Notes: a model not told the origin generated them from the sequence alone. A stretch of DNA of 64,000 nt from Alphaproteobacteria bacterium (GCA_964291395.2 OZ219858.1:640001-704000); one strand, 5' to 3'. Counted from the stretch's first letter, positions 51,202 to 60,523 are shown. Translations and numbers: made by a program.

Positions 51202-52089
51202 ATGTTCGAAGGCTTCGAGACCCGCCGCGCGAAGGCCAACGGCGTCGAGATCCACTACCGGAAAGGTGGCGAGGGACAGCCCTTACTGCTGCTGCACGGT
51301 TATCCGCAGACGCACGTCATGTGGCACAAGATCGCGCCCGGTCTCGCGCAGCGGTTCACCGTGGTGGCCTCAGACCTGCGCGGTTACGGCGATTCCGAAA
51401 AGCCGCCCGCGGGCCAGGAAAACGTCGGCTACGCCAAGCGTACGCTGGCCCAGGACCAAGTGGAGCTGATGGCGGGCCTGGGTTTCGACAGCTTCTTTCT
51501 CGTCGGACACGACCGCGGCTCGCGCGTGGCGCATCGCATGGTTCTCGACCATCCCGACCGTGTCGAAAGGGTGGTTATGCTCGATACCATTCCCGTGGAC
51601 ACGGCCTTCGAGAACGTCAATGCTGACCTCGCCACCGCATGGTTTCACTGGTTCTTCATGCGTCGCCCGGAACCGTTTCCGGAGACCATGATCGGCAGCA
51701 ATGTCGAGTTCTACATGCGTCATCTGATGGGATCGTGGAGCGTGATCCCCGACGCTTTCACCGACGAGGCTTGGGCGGAATATCTGCGCTGTTTCGAGAA
51801 GCCCGAGACCATCCACGCGTCCTGCGAGGAATACCGGGCCATCACCCTCGATCTGAAACATCATGCGGCGGACCGCGACAAAAAGATCAAGTGTCCGCTG
51901 CTCGCTCTGTGGGGCGGCAGCCGGCACACGCACCCGGGCTGGTCAACCAATGTCGTCGAGCCACTCTCGGCGTGGCGCGAGCGGTGCGAGGACGTTCGGG
52001 GCCGCCCCCTCGACTGCGGGCATTTTCTGCCCGAGGAAAAGCCCGAAGAGACTCTCCAGGAGATCCTCTCGTTCCTCACGGAGGTATAG
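51202..52089 (+). CDS. Haloacetate (fluoroacetate) dehalogenase-like alpha/beta hydrolase
   Basis: LLHGYPQTHVMW, GHDRGSRV, MLDT, FHWFF, CEEYRA, CGHFLPEE. Confidence 0.85.
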   Translation: MFEGFETRRAKANGVEIHYRKGGEGQPLLLLHGYPQTHVMWHKIAPGLAQRFTVVASDLRGYGDSEKPPAGQENVGYAKRTLAQDQVELMAGLGFDSFFLVGHDRGSRVAHRMVLDHPDRVERVVMLDTIPVDTAFENVNADLATAWFHWFFMRRPEPFPETMIGSNVEFYMRHLMGSWSVIPDAFTDEAWAEYLRCFEKPETIHASCEEYRAITLDLKHHAADRDKKIKCPLLALWGGSRHTHPGWSTNVVEPLSAWRERCEDVRGRPLDCGHFLPEEKPEETLQEILSFLTEV

Positions 52090-52122
52090 CAAGGGTGTGT
52101 TTTCTGCGGATTGGTTCTCCTC

Positions 52123-53127
52123 TCAAGGCAACAACACCGTCGATCCCGTCGTTGCGCGGCCCTCGAGGGCGCGGTGGGCCTCGGCGGCGTCGGCGAGCGC
52201 GAATGTCTGGTTCACCTCGATCCTAACGGCACCGCACTCGATGACCTCGATCAAGGCGTCCGAAGCTTCCGCGAGGTCCTCGGCCGTCACTACGTAGTTG
52301 AACACGCCGGCGCGGGTCAGGAATACCGACCCGGCCCATTGCAGGCGCGCGATGTCGAACGGTGGGATAGGACCGGACGCGCTGCCGAACACCGCAAGCG
52401 TGCCGAGAGGGCCGACGCACTTGAGCGAATCGTCGAATGTGTCCCTGCCCACGGAATCGTACACCACGGGTACGCCCTTGCCGTCCGTGATCTCCCTGAC
52501 TCGGTCGACGAAGTTCTCGCGGGTGTAGACTATCGGATGGTCGCAGCCGTGCGCGCGTGCGAGCTCCGCCTTTTCATCCGAACCGACGGTCCCGATCACG
52601 GTAGCGCCCAGGTGCTTGGCCCATTGACAGGCAATGAGGCCGACACCGCCCGCCGCCGCGTGAAACAGTATGGGATCGTCGGGCTTCACCTCGTAAGTGC
52701 GTCGCAGCAGCATATGAACCGTCAGGCCCTTCAGCATCATGGCGGCCCCGGTCTGGTCGTCGATCGAATCGGGCAGCTTGATCAGGCGATCGGCCCGGAA
52801 GTTGCGGACCTCGGCGTAGGCACCCGGCGGCGGCAGTCCATAGGCCACCCGATCACCAACCGCCACGGTGTCCACCTGGTCGCCGACCGCCACGACGACG
52901 CCGGCGCCCTCTACGCCCGGGACGAAGGGCATGGTGCTGCCGCCACCCAGATTGGCGAAGGCGTCTACGGGGTAGAGACCCGAGCGGAAATAGCAGTCGA
53001 TGAAATTCAGACCGATCGCAGCGTTACGCACCTGGGCCTCGTTCGGACCCGGCGCGGGAACGTCGATGTCCTCGTATTTCAGGACCTCGGGCCCGCCCGT
53101 CTCGTGAAATCTCACCGCCATGGCCAT
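52123..53127 (-). CDS. qor: NADPH:quinone oxidoreductase (zeta-crystallin family)
   Basis: GGPEVL, GLNFIDCYFRSGLY, AAAGGVG, VVYDSVG, TTGSTVL. Confidence 0.92.
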   Translation of the reverse strand: MAMAVRFHETGGPEVLKYEDIDVPAPGPNEAQVRNAAIGLNFIDCYFRSGLYPVDAFANLGGGSTMPFVPGVEGAGVVVAVGDQVDTVAVGDRVAYGLPPPGAYAEVRNFRADRLIKLPDSIDDQTGAAMMLKGLTVHMLLRRTYEVKPDDPILFHAAAGGVGLIACQWAKHLGATVIGTVGSDEKAELARAHGCDHPIVYTRENFVDRVREITDGKGVPVVYDSVGRDTFDDSLKCVGPLGTLAVFGSASGPIPPFDIARLQWAGSVFLTRAGVFNYVVTAEDLAEASDALIEVIECGAVRIEVNQTFALADAAEAHRALEGRATTGSTVLLP

Positions 53128-53206
53128 GAGGGTGTCCCTCCTTCCTCGCTTGTCGCTCGGGCGTCATTCTTGGCTCCGCCCGTTGGGCATACGGTAACAT
53201 AGCGCC

Positions 53207-53824
53207 ATGGCCCTGGAAGTTCCGCTCCCCACCGGCGATGACGTGCTCATGGACGCCCTGTCTCGTCTAAGCGACGAGCACGCCCTCGCCATGCCTTACC
53301 TGGACGAGGCGGCATGTGCGGCGCTGGTCGACTGTTGCGCGAAGCTCGCGTTCCGCGACGCGAAGCCGGTTCTGGGCAAACCCGGAGAAGAGGTCTATCA
53401 GGATCTCGAACTGACCGTCGACATCCCGGGGAACAGCCCGCTCGTCGTCCTGGCGAAACGGCTGGAGTCGGACCTGCAGAACGCCCTCGACCGGTTGGAG
53501 CCGCCGCCGCTCGATTACCCGTTCGTCATCAACGATTTCATCGTGCAGCGTTATTTGTCGGGCCGGAAGGGTATCACGCCGCACCGCGACCACGTGCGAT
53601 ACCGCGGCTTGGTGGCGATCATCGTGCTCGGCGGGACGGGAAGCTTCTGGATCTGCAGCGATCGGAGCGGTGCGGGTCGGTGCGACATTCCGGCACCACC
53701 GGGCTCGCTCCTCCTCATGCGGGCGCCGGATTTCGCCGGCCGCACGGACCGGCCCTTCCACGCCCTCTCGGAAATCACCGAGACGCGCTACAGCTTCGGC
53801 ATGCGCCACGACGTCTCGCTCTGA
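53207..53824 (+). CDS. 2OG-Fe(II) oxygenase family protein
   Basis: VQRY..GITPHRD, PGSLLLM, PFH, RYS. Confidence 0.75.
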   Translation: MALEVPLPTGDDVLMDALSRLSDEHALAMPYLDEAACAALVDCCAKLAFRDAKPVLGKPGEEVYQDLELTVDIPGNSPLVVLAKRLESDLQNALDRLEPPPLDYPFVINDFIVQRYLSGRKGITPHRDHVRYRGLVAIIVLGGTGSFWICSDRSGAGRCDIPAPPGSLLLMRAPDFAGRTDRPFHALSEITETRYSFGMRHDVSL

Positions 53825-53837
53825 TACACCGAGTCGA

Positions 53838-53869
53838 ACCGGGGGCAGACCTCAGGTCCGACCCCCGGT
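53838..53869. terminator. Hairpin between convergent genes (REP-like)
   Basis: ACCGGGGG...CCCCCGGT inverted repeat. Confidence 0.5.
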
Positions 53870-53870
53870 G

Positions 53871-54689
53871 TTATCCCGAGACGAGGGTGAAGCGCTGCAC
53901 GTCCCGATCGATTTTGTCGAGGATGCCCTTGAGATCGTCGTCCCCATCCGGGAGCGGCGCCAGCCAACGGCCCTCAAAGAAGATCTCCAGCGGGTCCTCA
54001 CCGAAGGGATAGGGCGACAGTTCGTAGGTCGCGTTCCCCGTCGGACGTATCGTGATGGTCACGTCTTCCTCCGCCGTCGTCGGTACGTGGGGAAACGAGG
54101 TTTCTTCCCGCGCGTCTTCGTGCACGCGATTGAAGTAGAGCGCGAGCGTGTCGAAGAACTGGAGTTGCTTGTAATTCTGAAAGAGATGCCTTTCCTCGAT
54201 CCAGACGGCGGTTTCGGGATCCTGGGCGAGCTCTTCCTTGAGCTTCTTTTGTCGTGCCAGTTCGCCGTCGAGGAACGGCTTGAGCGTCGCTTGGGCCTCG
54301 TCGGCCATATCGAGGATCACGACCTTGTCCGAGAGCCCGTAGCGGCCATTGTAGAGCCCCCAGGAGTGCATGCTCGACAGCAGCCCGCAGTAAGCGTGGC
54401 GCTTGATATTGAAGTCGGGCGACCGCTTGCTCGTGGGTGCGATGAGATCGAGGGGTGTCTCGATCAGGTCGTAAGGCAGGCGTGTCCCAGGATCGAGAGG
54501 AGCTTCGGCGTCGAGATCAGCCCAGCCATGATCGTGGTGTTCGACCAGGTAGATGACCTCTTCGCGGGGTTCCACGGATTCGAACCGATCGTTCCCGTAG
54601 GCCTTCGCGAACCGCCCCGCGAGGGCAGTGTGTTCCGACATCGTAATGATGAAGTGAGGTTCGCCTTCCGGCGCGCTTTGGACCATCAT
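53871..54689 (-). CDS. DUF3891 family protein
   Basis: EHTALAGRFA..GN, HHDHGW, YCGLLSSMH, LQFFDTLALY, LSPYPF. Confidence 0.75.
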   Translation of the reverse strand: MMVQSAPEGEPHFIITMSEHTALAGRFAKAYGNDRFESVEPREEVIYLVEHHDHGWADLDAEAPLDPGTRLPYDLIETPLDLIAPTSKRSPDFNIKRHAYCGLLSSMHSWGLYNGRYGLSDKVVILDMADEAQATLKPFLDGELARQKKLKEELAQDPETAVWIEERHLFQNYKQLQFFDTLALYFNRVHEDAREETSFPHVPTTAEEDVTITIRPTGNATYELSPYPFGEDPLEIFFEGRWLAPLPDGDDDLKGILDKIDRDVQRFTLVSG

Positions 54690-54804
54690 CGGTCTGTCCC
54701 CCCGACCGTGTTTGCCGTACCGGAAATCTAACACAACTCGGGGCCTTCCTAACTCTCTGTCCACGCCTGGACGGCGGCCGACCCCAGCGCCTAGACTCCC
54801 GCAA

Positions 54805-54841
54805 GCGAGAAGAGCCGTGACTTGGCGAGAAGAGCCGTGAC
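54805..54841. repeat. 17-bp direct repeat, period 20, in a divergent intergenic region
   Basis: GCGAGAAGAGCCGTGAC at 54805 and 54825. Confidence 0.85.
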
Positions 54842-54867
54842 CGCGAGGCTCGCGAGGAGGTCCGTCG

Positions 54868-56067
54868 ATGCCATCCCGCAACCGCGAGACATGGGAGCGT
54901 CCGCCCGACCTTCCCGAGACCCACTACGTCGACGCGACCGCCTACGCCGACCCCGATATCTTCGCCGACGAGATGTCGCGGATCCTGGCGCGATCCTGGC
55001 GGTTCGGGTGCCACGAGAGCGAATTGCCCGACGCCTTCGATTTCCGCACCATCGACCACGCCGAGGTGCCGCTGGTGATGATCCGGGGCGAAGACGGCCG
55101 GATTCGGACCTTCTACAACGTCTGCCCCCATCGCGGCGCCAAGCTGTTCAACGACCTCTCGGGCAACGCCAGGCTCAAGACCTGCTTTTTCCATCACTGG
55201 ACGTTCGACTGGAAGGGCGACTGCGTCAGCAGGCCGCGCCCGAAGGCCTATGACGACATGAACTTGCGTGCCGAGGACTGCGGGCTTCGGGAAGTGCACA
55301 CGGACACCCTCTACGGCCTCGTCTTCTTCAACCTCGACGACCGTCCCATCCCCTTCGCCGATTATTTCGGCGACGCCCTCGCGTCCTTCGAGCGGACACT
55401 GACGGAGGAACCCGTGGAGGTCTTCCACTATCACCAAGCCGTGGTCCGGGCGAATTGGAAGCAGTGGGTCGAGTCCAACATGGACCACTATCACGAGTGG
55501 ATGCACGTCATGCTGCGGCGCACGAACGTGCTCACCGAGGAGACGCTCTTCAAGCGTCACGTCGAGCTTTATCCTTACGGCCACATCATGTTCCGGGGCA
55601 TGCAGATCGATTACCAGGACGAGGCCACGGTCGTGCCGCGCGAGCAGTCGAAGGCGCTTCCCGGGCTGACCGCCGAAACCTTCCATGCAACGCCGATCTT
55701 TCCCAACACGGTGCTGATGACCCGCGGCACCGTCATGCGGATCGACACGACCACGCCGCTCACGCCGGACACCTCGCTCGTCGAGTTTCGCGGGCTCGGG
55801 CTGAAGAACGACAGCGAGGAGGACCGGATGGTCAGAATTCGCCAGCACAACGAGTTCTGGGGGCCGATGAGCCACAATCTGCCGGAGGACCTCTTTGCCG
55901 CAGAACAGTGCGCGAAGGGTTACCGCACGGGCGGTGCCGCCTACGGCATCATCTGCCGCGAAGAGAACATGTCGGCCCAGGACGATGGGGGCATGCGCCA
56001 TTTCTATGCGGAGTGGAGCAAATGGATGGACCGGCCGGCAGGCGACCCCAGGACCAAGGCCGCGTGA
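54868..56067 (+). CDS. Rieske non-heme iron oxygenase alpha subunit, MsmA-like
   Basis: CPH-x17-CFFH, DHYHEWMH, EVFHYH, VEFRGLGLK, NLPEDL, GMRHFYAEWS. Confidence 0.85.
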   Translation: MPSRNRETWERPPDLPETHYVDATAYADPDIFADEMSRILARSWRFGCHESELPDAFDFRTIDHAEVPLVMIRGEDGRIRTFYNVCPHRGAKLFNDLSGNARLKTCFFHHWTFDWKGDCVSRPRPKAYDDMNLRAEDCGLREVHTDTLYGLVFFNLDDRPIPFADYFGDALASFERTLTEEPVEVFHYHQAVVRANWKQWVESNMDHYHEWMHVMLRRTNVLTEETLFKRHVELYPYGHIMFRGMQIDYQDEATVVPREQSKALPGLTAETFHATPIFPNTVLMTRGTVMRIDTTTPLTPDTSLVEFRGLGLKNDSEEDRMVRIRQHNEFWGPMSHNLPEDLFAAEQCAKGYRTGGAAYGIICREENMSAQDDGGMRHFYAEWSKWMDRPAGDPRTKAA

Positions 56068-56077
56068 GGGCTGGAGC

Positions 56078-56542
56078 TTGGCCGTCGGCAACGAGGATAT
56101 CCGCGATTTTCTGAACAAGGTGGCCGACGCGCTCGACCGGGAGGCGTGGGACGAATTCCTGTCGATGTGCGCGCCCGAGTTCGAGTATCGCGTGACGGCA
56201 TACTCCTACGAACTCGACAAGGAGATGGTCTGGCTGATCCACGACATGGACGGCCTGCGCTACCTGTTCGATGTGCTGCCCGAGCAGCTCGGCCGCAGGG
56301 GAACCCGGATGTTGCGCCAGATCTCGGTCACCGATATCTCGCGGGGAGAGGCGAACGGGCACGTGGACGTGACGAGCAAGGTCATCGCCGTTCGAACGTC
56401 GCCGGAGGGCGTGTCGGAACTGTTCGCGGCGGGCCGATACCTGGATGTCGTCTATGTCGCCGGCGGGACGCCGCGCATGATCAAACGGGAAACCCGGCTC
56501 GACACGCGCGAGCTCGGCATAGGCTCCCACGTGCCGATATAG
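56078..56542 (+). CDS. Rieske oxygenase beta subunit, MsmB-like
   Basis: FEYRVTAYSYELDKEMVWL, ELFAAGRY, RLDTRELGIGSHVPI; TTG start inferred. Confidence 0.8.
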   Translation: MAVGNEDIRDFLNKVADALDREAWDEFLSMCAPEFEYRVTAYSYELDKEMVWLIHDMDGLRYLFDVLPEQLGRRGTRMLRQISVTDISRGEANGHVDVTSKVIAVRTSPEGVSELFAAGRYLDVVYVAGGTPRMIKRETRLDTRELGIGSHVPI

Positions 56543-56553
56543 GCGGTGGTCGC

Positions 56554-57426
56554 GTGAAGCCCGCACCTTTCGAATATTTCGCGCCGGAGACGGCGGAAGA
56601 GGCGCTCGCCCTGATGGCCGAGCACGGCGTGGAGGCGAGACCGCTCGCCGGCGGGCAGAGCCTTGTTCCGTTGATCAACATGCGCATGGCACAGCCCTCG
56701 GTGCTGATCGACCTGAACCGCTGCCCCGAGCTCGCCTACCTGCGCGAGGAGGACGGCATGCTCGTCAGCGGCCCCATGACGCGGCAGCGCGAGCTGGAAC
56801 TCTCCGAGACCGTTCGCGCCGCCTGCCCGCTCATTGCCAAAGCGATGCCACATATGGGCCATGCCACGATCCGCAACCGCGGGACCGCCGGTGGCAGCCT
56901 GAGCCACGCCGATCCGTCGGCGGAGCTCCCCGGCGTGGCGCTGGCGCTGGGCGCCGAGATGATCGCGGGCGGGCCGAACGGACGACGCACCGTGCCGGCG
57001 ACGGAGTTCTTCCTCGCCGAACTGACGACCGCTCTGGAACCGGATGAGATGCTCTGCGAGATCAGGTTTCCCGAAGCCCCGGCCGGGTCCCGGGCCGCCT
57101 TTGCCGAAGTCGGCAGTCACTTCGGCGGACTGGCTCTCGTCGGCGTCGCCGCGCAGATCGACCTCGATTCCGCCGGCCGTTGCACCAAGGCGGCGCTGGC
57201 CGCCACGGGCGCCGGGGAACGGCCGACGCGTCTGTCGTCCACGGAGGCGGTCTTGACGGGCGAAGTCCTGGAGGAACGGTCGGTTGCCGAGGCCGCCGAG
57301 GCCGCGGCAGGCGACGTGGAGCCCCTGGAAGACCTTCACGCCACGGCCCACTGGCGCCGGCGTGCGGTCGTCGCCATGGCGGCGCGGGCCCTGCACGAGA
57401 TTGCGGACGGGGCGGGAACGCGATGA
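56554..57426 (+). CDS. Molybdenum hydroxylase FAD subunit (CoxM/XdhB-like)
   Basis: KPAPFEY, LAGGQSL, IRNRGTAGGSLSHADP. Confidence 0.92.
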   Translation: MKPAPFEYFAPETAEEALALMAEHGVEARPLAGGQSLVPLINMRMAQPSVLIDLNRCPELAYLREEDGMLVSGPMTRQRELELSETVRAACPLIAKAMPHMGHATIRNRGTAGGSLSHADPSAELPGVALALGAEMIAGGPNGRRTVPATEFFLAELTTALEPDEMLCEIRFPEAPAGSRAAFAEVGSHFGGLALVGVAAQIDLDSAGRCTKAALAATGAGERPTRLSSTEAVLTGEVLEERSVAEAAEAAAGDVEPLEDLHATAHWRRRAVVAMAARALHEIADGAGTR

Positions 57427-57915
57427 CGGCGCGCCGCGAAGTCCGCGTCACGGTCAATGGCCGCGCGTACGCGCGCAACGTGGAACCTCGAATGCTGCTG
57501 GTCGATTATTCTGCGCCACGAATGCGGCCTGACGGGGACGCACGTGGGCTGTGCGCATGGGGTCTGCGGTGCGTGCACCATCGTGTTGGACGGCGTCTCG
57601 GTCCGAAGCTGCCTCACCTTCGCCGTTCAGGCCGAGGGAAAGGAGATCACGACCGTCGAAGGCCTCGCGGACGGCGACGCGCTGAACGCCCTGCAGCAGG
57701 CCTTCCACGAGAACCACGCGCTCCAATGCGGCTACTGCACGCCCGGTTTCCTCATGTCGCTGACGGAATTTCTCCGGGAAACGCCGGATCCCGATGAGGG
57801 CCAGATTCGCGAACGCCTCTCGGGCAATCTGTGCCGCTGCACGGGGTACGCCAACATCGTGAGCGCCGTGCGGATGGCCGCCCGGCGTTTGCGCGAGGAG
57901 GGCCGCGTGTCGTGA
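57423..57915 (+). pseudogene. Molybdenum hydroxylase 2Fe-2S subunit (CoxS-like) with a one-base insertion near 57510
   Basis: MTARREVRVTVNG..VEPRMLLVDY, an extra T, then LRHECGLTGTHVGCAHGVCGACT..QCGYCTPG..NLCRCTGY. Confidence 0.85.
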
Positions 57916-57917
57916 GC

Positions 57918-60404
57918 ATGCAGGGAGACAACCCGGGGACCGGGACGTGGGTCGGCAGAACCGTTCCGCGCAAGGAGGACCTGCGCCTCCTGCGTGGCAT
58001 CGGCACCTATATCGACGACGTCCCCGAACCGCGCGGCACGCTGCACCTCGCCATGCTGCGCAGTCCATATGCCCACGCCCGAATCCGCGGGATCGAGACG
58101 TCCGAAGCCGAAGCCCTGGACGGCGTCGTCGCGGTCGTCACCGGCACCGAGGTTGCCGAGCTGATCCCGCCGTTCGCGGGGGACTACGAAAAGCCCGGAT
58201 TCAAGATGTCGCACCGGCCGGCTCTGGCCACCGATACGGTACGGTTCGTCGGCGACGGGGTGGCCCTGGTTCTGGCGGCGAACGCGTACATTGCGGAGGA
58301 CGCCCTCGGCCTCGTTTTCGTGGACTATGAACAGCTGCCGGCCGTTTCCGGCGTCGAGGAGGCGCTGAAGCCCGACGCACCCCGCGTTCACGAAGAGCTG
58401 GCAGACAACGTCCTCGTCGAGGGAGGCGACAGAACCGAGGGTTTCGACGAGGTCCTTGAAGCGGCCGATCACATCCTGCGCGAGCGATTCCACATCAACC
58501 GCGTGGCCGGCGTGGCGATGGAACCGCGAGGCTGTCTCGCCGTCTACGAGAAATCCGACGATGCGGTCACGTTGTGGACGGGAACCCAGGTCCCCCACAT
58601 GCTGCGCATCGGCATCGCCCGTTACCTCGGCTGGCCGGAGAGCCAGGTCCGCGTGGCGGCGCCCGACGTTGGGGGTGGTTTCGGTCCCAAGATGTATCTC
58701 TACCCCGAGGAGCTTCTCGCGGTCGCCATGGCGCGCGAATACCGATGCCCCATAAAATGGATCGAGGACCGGCTCGAGGATTTTCTGACCACCCTTCAGG
58801 CGCGCGATCACGTTTACGACGTGGCGGTCGCCTACGACGACGACGGCACCGTGCGGGCGGTCGAGGTCGACGTGGCGGTGAACTCCGGCGCCTATTCCAA
58901 CTTTCCCATGGGGGTCGGCCTCGAGCCGTTTCAGGGGCCCTTGAACATGCCGGGACCCTACCGCTTCCGCCAGTTCGCCTTCACCTGCAGGGGAGTCGCG
59001 ACCCATACCTGCCCGACGGGCGCGTTTCGGGGCGTGTCGGCACCATGCGTCACCACGGCCATGGAAGGCATGATGGACCGTATCGCGCGTCACCTGGGCC
59101 TGGACCGGGTGGAGGTCCGCCGCCGCAATCTCGTCAGGCCGGATGAATTCCCCTATGTCAACGTGGTCAACCAGCTCTACGTCACGGGAAGCTATGTCGA
59201 ATGCATGGACCGCGCCCTGGAGATGGTGGACTACGAGGGTTATCTGGCGGCGCGGCCGCCGGAGCGGCCGGTCGACGGCAAGTATCGTGGTATCGGAATC
59301 GCCGTGGTGACCGAGCTCGGGGGTCAAGGGGCGGCACGGTACAAGGCGCGAGGCCTTCCCGATCTGCCGGGATTCGACACGGCCCTCGTCGAGCTCGAAC
59401 CCGACGGGCGGGTACGCGCCACGACCAGCTTTTCAAGCCAGGGCCAGGGTCATGAGACCACCTTCGCCCAGATCATCGCGGACGAGCTCGGGGTCTCCAT
59501 CGACGACGTTGCGGTCCGGGGCGGGGATACCGGCACCTCGCCGTTTGGCACCGGAACGTTCGCAAGCCGCGGGGCCGTGGTCGGCGGCGGCGCCGTCATG
59601 CGGGCTTCGGGCGATTTGCGCGAAAGGATCAAGAGGTTCGCGGCCCATCTTCTGGAGGCGAGCCCTGACGACATCGTGCTGGAAGGCGGTCACGCCCACG
59701 TGCAGGGCGTCCGCGAGATGCGCGTGAGTTTCCACGACGTCGCGCGGGCGGCCTACGGTCTCACCGAGTCGATGCAGCTTCCGGAAGGTGAGGAGTTCGG
59801 GCTGGAAGCGACCGCCACTTACGACCCGCCGGCATCCTCCATCTCCAATGCCTGCCACATCGCCTGTGTCGGCGTCGACGCGGCAACCGGGCTCGTCGAA
59901 GTGGAACGTTATATCGTCGTTCACGATTGCGGCCGCGTGGTCAATCCGCTCCTCGTCAAAGGCCAGATTCAAGGTGGAGTCGCGCAAGGTCTCGGACAGG
60001 CCCTGTTCGAGGAAATCCTTTATGACGCGGAAGGGCAGATGCTGTCGGCGACCCTGATGGACTACATGATCCCCACCGCTCTCGATGTCCCAACCCTGGA
60101 GATGGAGCACATCGAGTCCCCGGCGACGGACAATATCGGGGGATTCAAAGGCGCCGGCGAGGGCGGCGTCATCGGGGCGCTGCCCGCGATCGCCTGTGCC
60201 GTGGGCGATGCGCTGGCGCCCTCGGGCGCCAACGTGAACCGGCTGCCCTTGCGGCCGGATACGGTCCTCGTCGCGAGACCGAGCTTCGCCGGCGCGAGGC
60301 GATCGACGGGCCGGTGCAAGCCGAGGACGACGACCCCGACGGCGGCGCCTGGCATTGAGACAGAGTGTCATTTACGGTACTTGTTGCACCTGCGGCGTTC
60401 ATGA
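57918..60404 (+). CDS. Molybdenum hydroxylase large subunit (xanthine dehydrogenase/CoxL family); C-terminus after ~60270 looks foreign
   Basis: RKEDLRLLRG, MEPRG, GGGFGPK, AFRG, QGQGHET, TFASR, DCGRVVNP, KGAGE. Confidence 0.9.
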   Translation: MQGDNPGTGTWVGRTVPRKEDLRLLRGIGTYIDDVPEPRGTLHLAMLRSPYAHARIRGIETSEAEALDGVVAVVTGTEVAELIPPFAGDYEKPGFKMSHRPALATDTVRFVGDGVALVLAANAYIAEDALGLVFVDYEQLPAVSGVEEALKPDAPRVHEELADNVLVEGGDRTEGFDEVLEAADHILRERFHINRVAGVAMEPRGCLAVYEKSDDAVTLWTGTQVPHMLRIGIARYLGWPESQVRVAAPDVGGGFGPKMYLYPEELLAVAMAREYRCPIKWIEDRLEDFLTTLQARDHVYDVAVAYDDDGTVRAVEVDVAVNSGAYSNFPMGVGLEPFQGPLNMPGPYRFRQFAFTCRGVATHTCPTGAFRGVSAPCVTTAMEGMMDRIARHLGLDRVEVRRRNLVRPDEFPYVNVVNQLYVTGSYVECMDRALEMVDYEGYLAARPPERPVDGKYRGIGIAVVTELGGQGAARYKARGLPDLPGFDTALVELEPDGRVRATTSFSSQGQGHETTFAQIIADELGVSIDDVAVRGGDTGTSPFGTGTFASRGAVVGGGAVMRASGDLRERIKRFAAHLLEASPDDIVLEGGHAHVQGVREMRVSFHDVARAAYGLTESMQLPEGEEFGLEATATYDPPASSISNACHIACVGVDAATGLVEVERYIVVHDCGRVVNPLLVKGQIQGGVAQGLGQALFEEILYDAEGQMLSATLMDYMIPTALDVPTLEMEHIESPATDNIGGFKGAGEGGVIGALPAIACAVGDALAPSGANVNRLPLRPDTVLVARPSFAGARRSTGRCKPRTTTPTAAPGIETECHLRYLLHLRRS

Positions 60405-60523
60405 TCCATGTTCATCCCGACGAAGGAGGCGCCACCAGGGCGCGGACCGCCGCGTCCGCGCCGAAGACATCCTCGCCTGGCGTCGCGAGACCGAGCTTCG
60501 CCGGCGCGAGGCGATCGACGGGC
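60269..60523. repeat. 43-bp exact direct repeat (60269-60311 and 60481-60523)
   Basis: CGTCGCGAGACCGAGCTTCGCCGGCGCGAGGCGATCGACGGGC seen twice. Confidence 0.9.

Noticed and set aside
54517-59327. Long minus-strand ORFs (533 aa and 531 aa)
   Set aside because: Antisense to clearly recognisable oxygenase and Mo-hydroxylase genes, with no motifs of their own.
57918-60404. Aerobic CO dehydrogenase call
   Set aside because: The active-site loop is AFRGVSA, not AYxCSFR or AYRGAGR, and no cox accessory genes are present.
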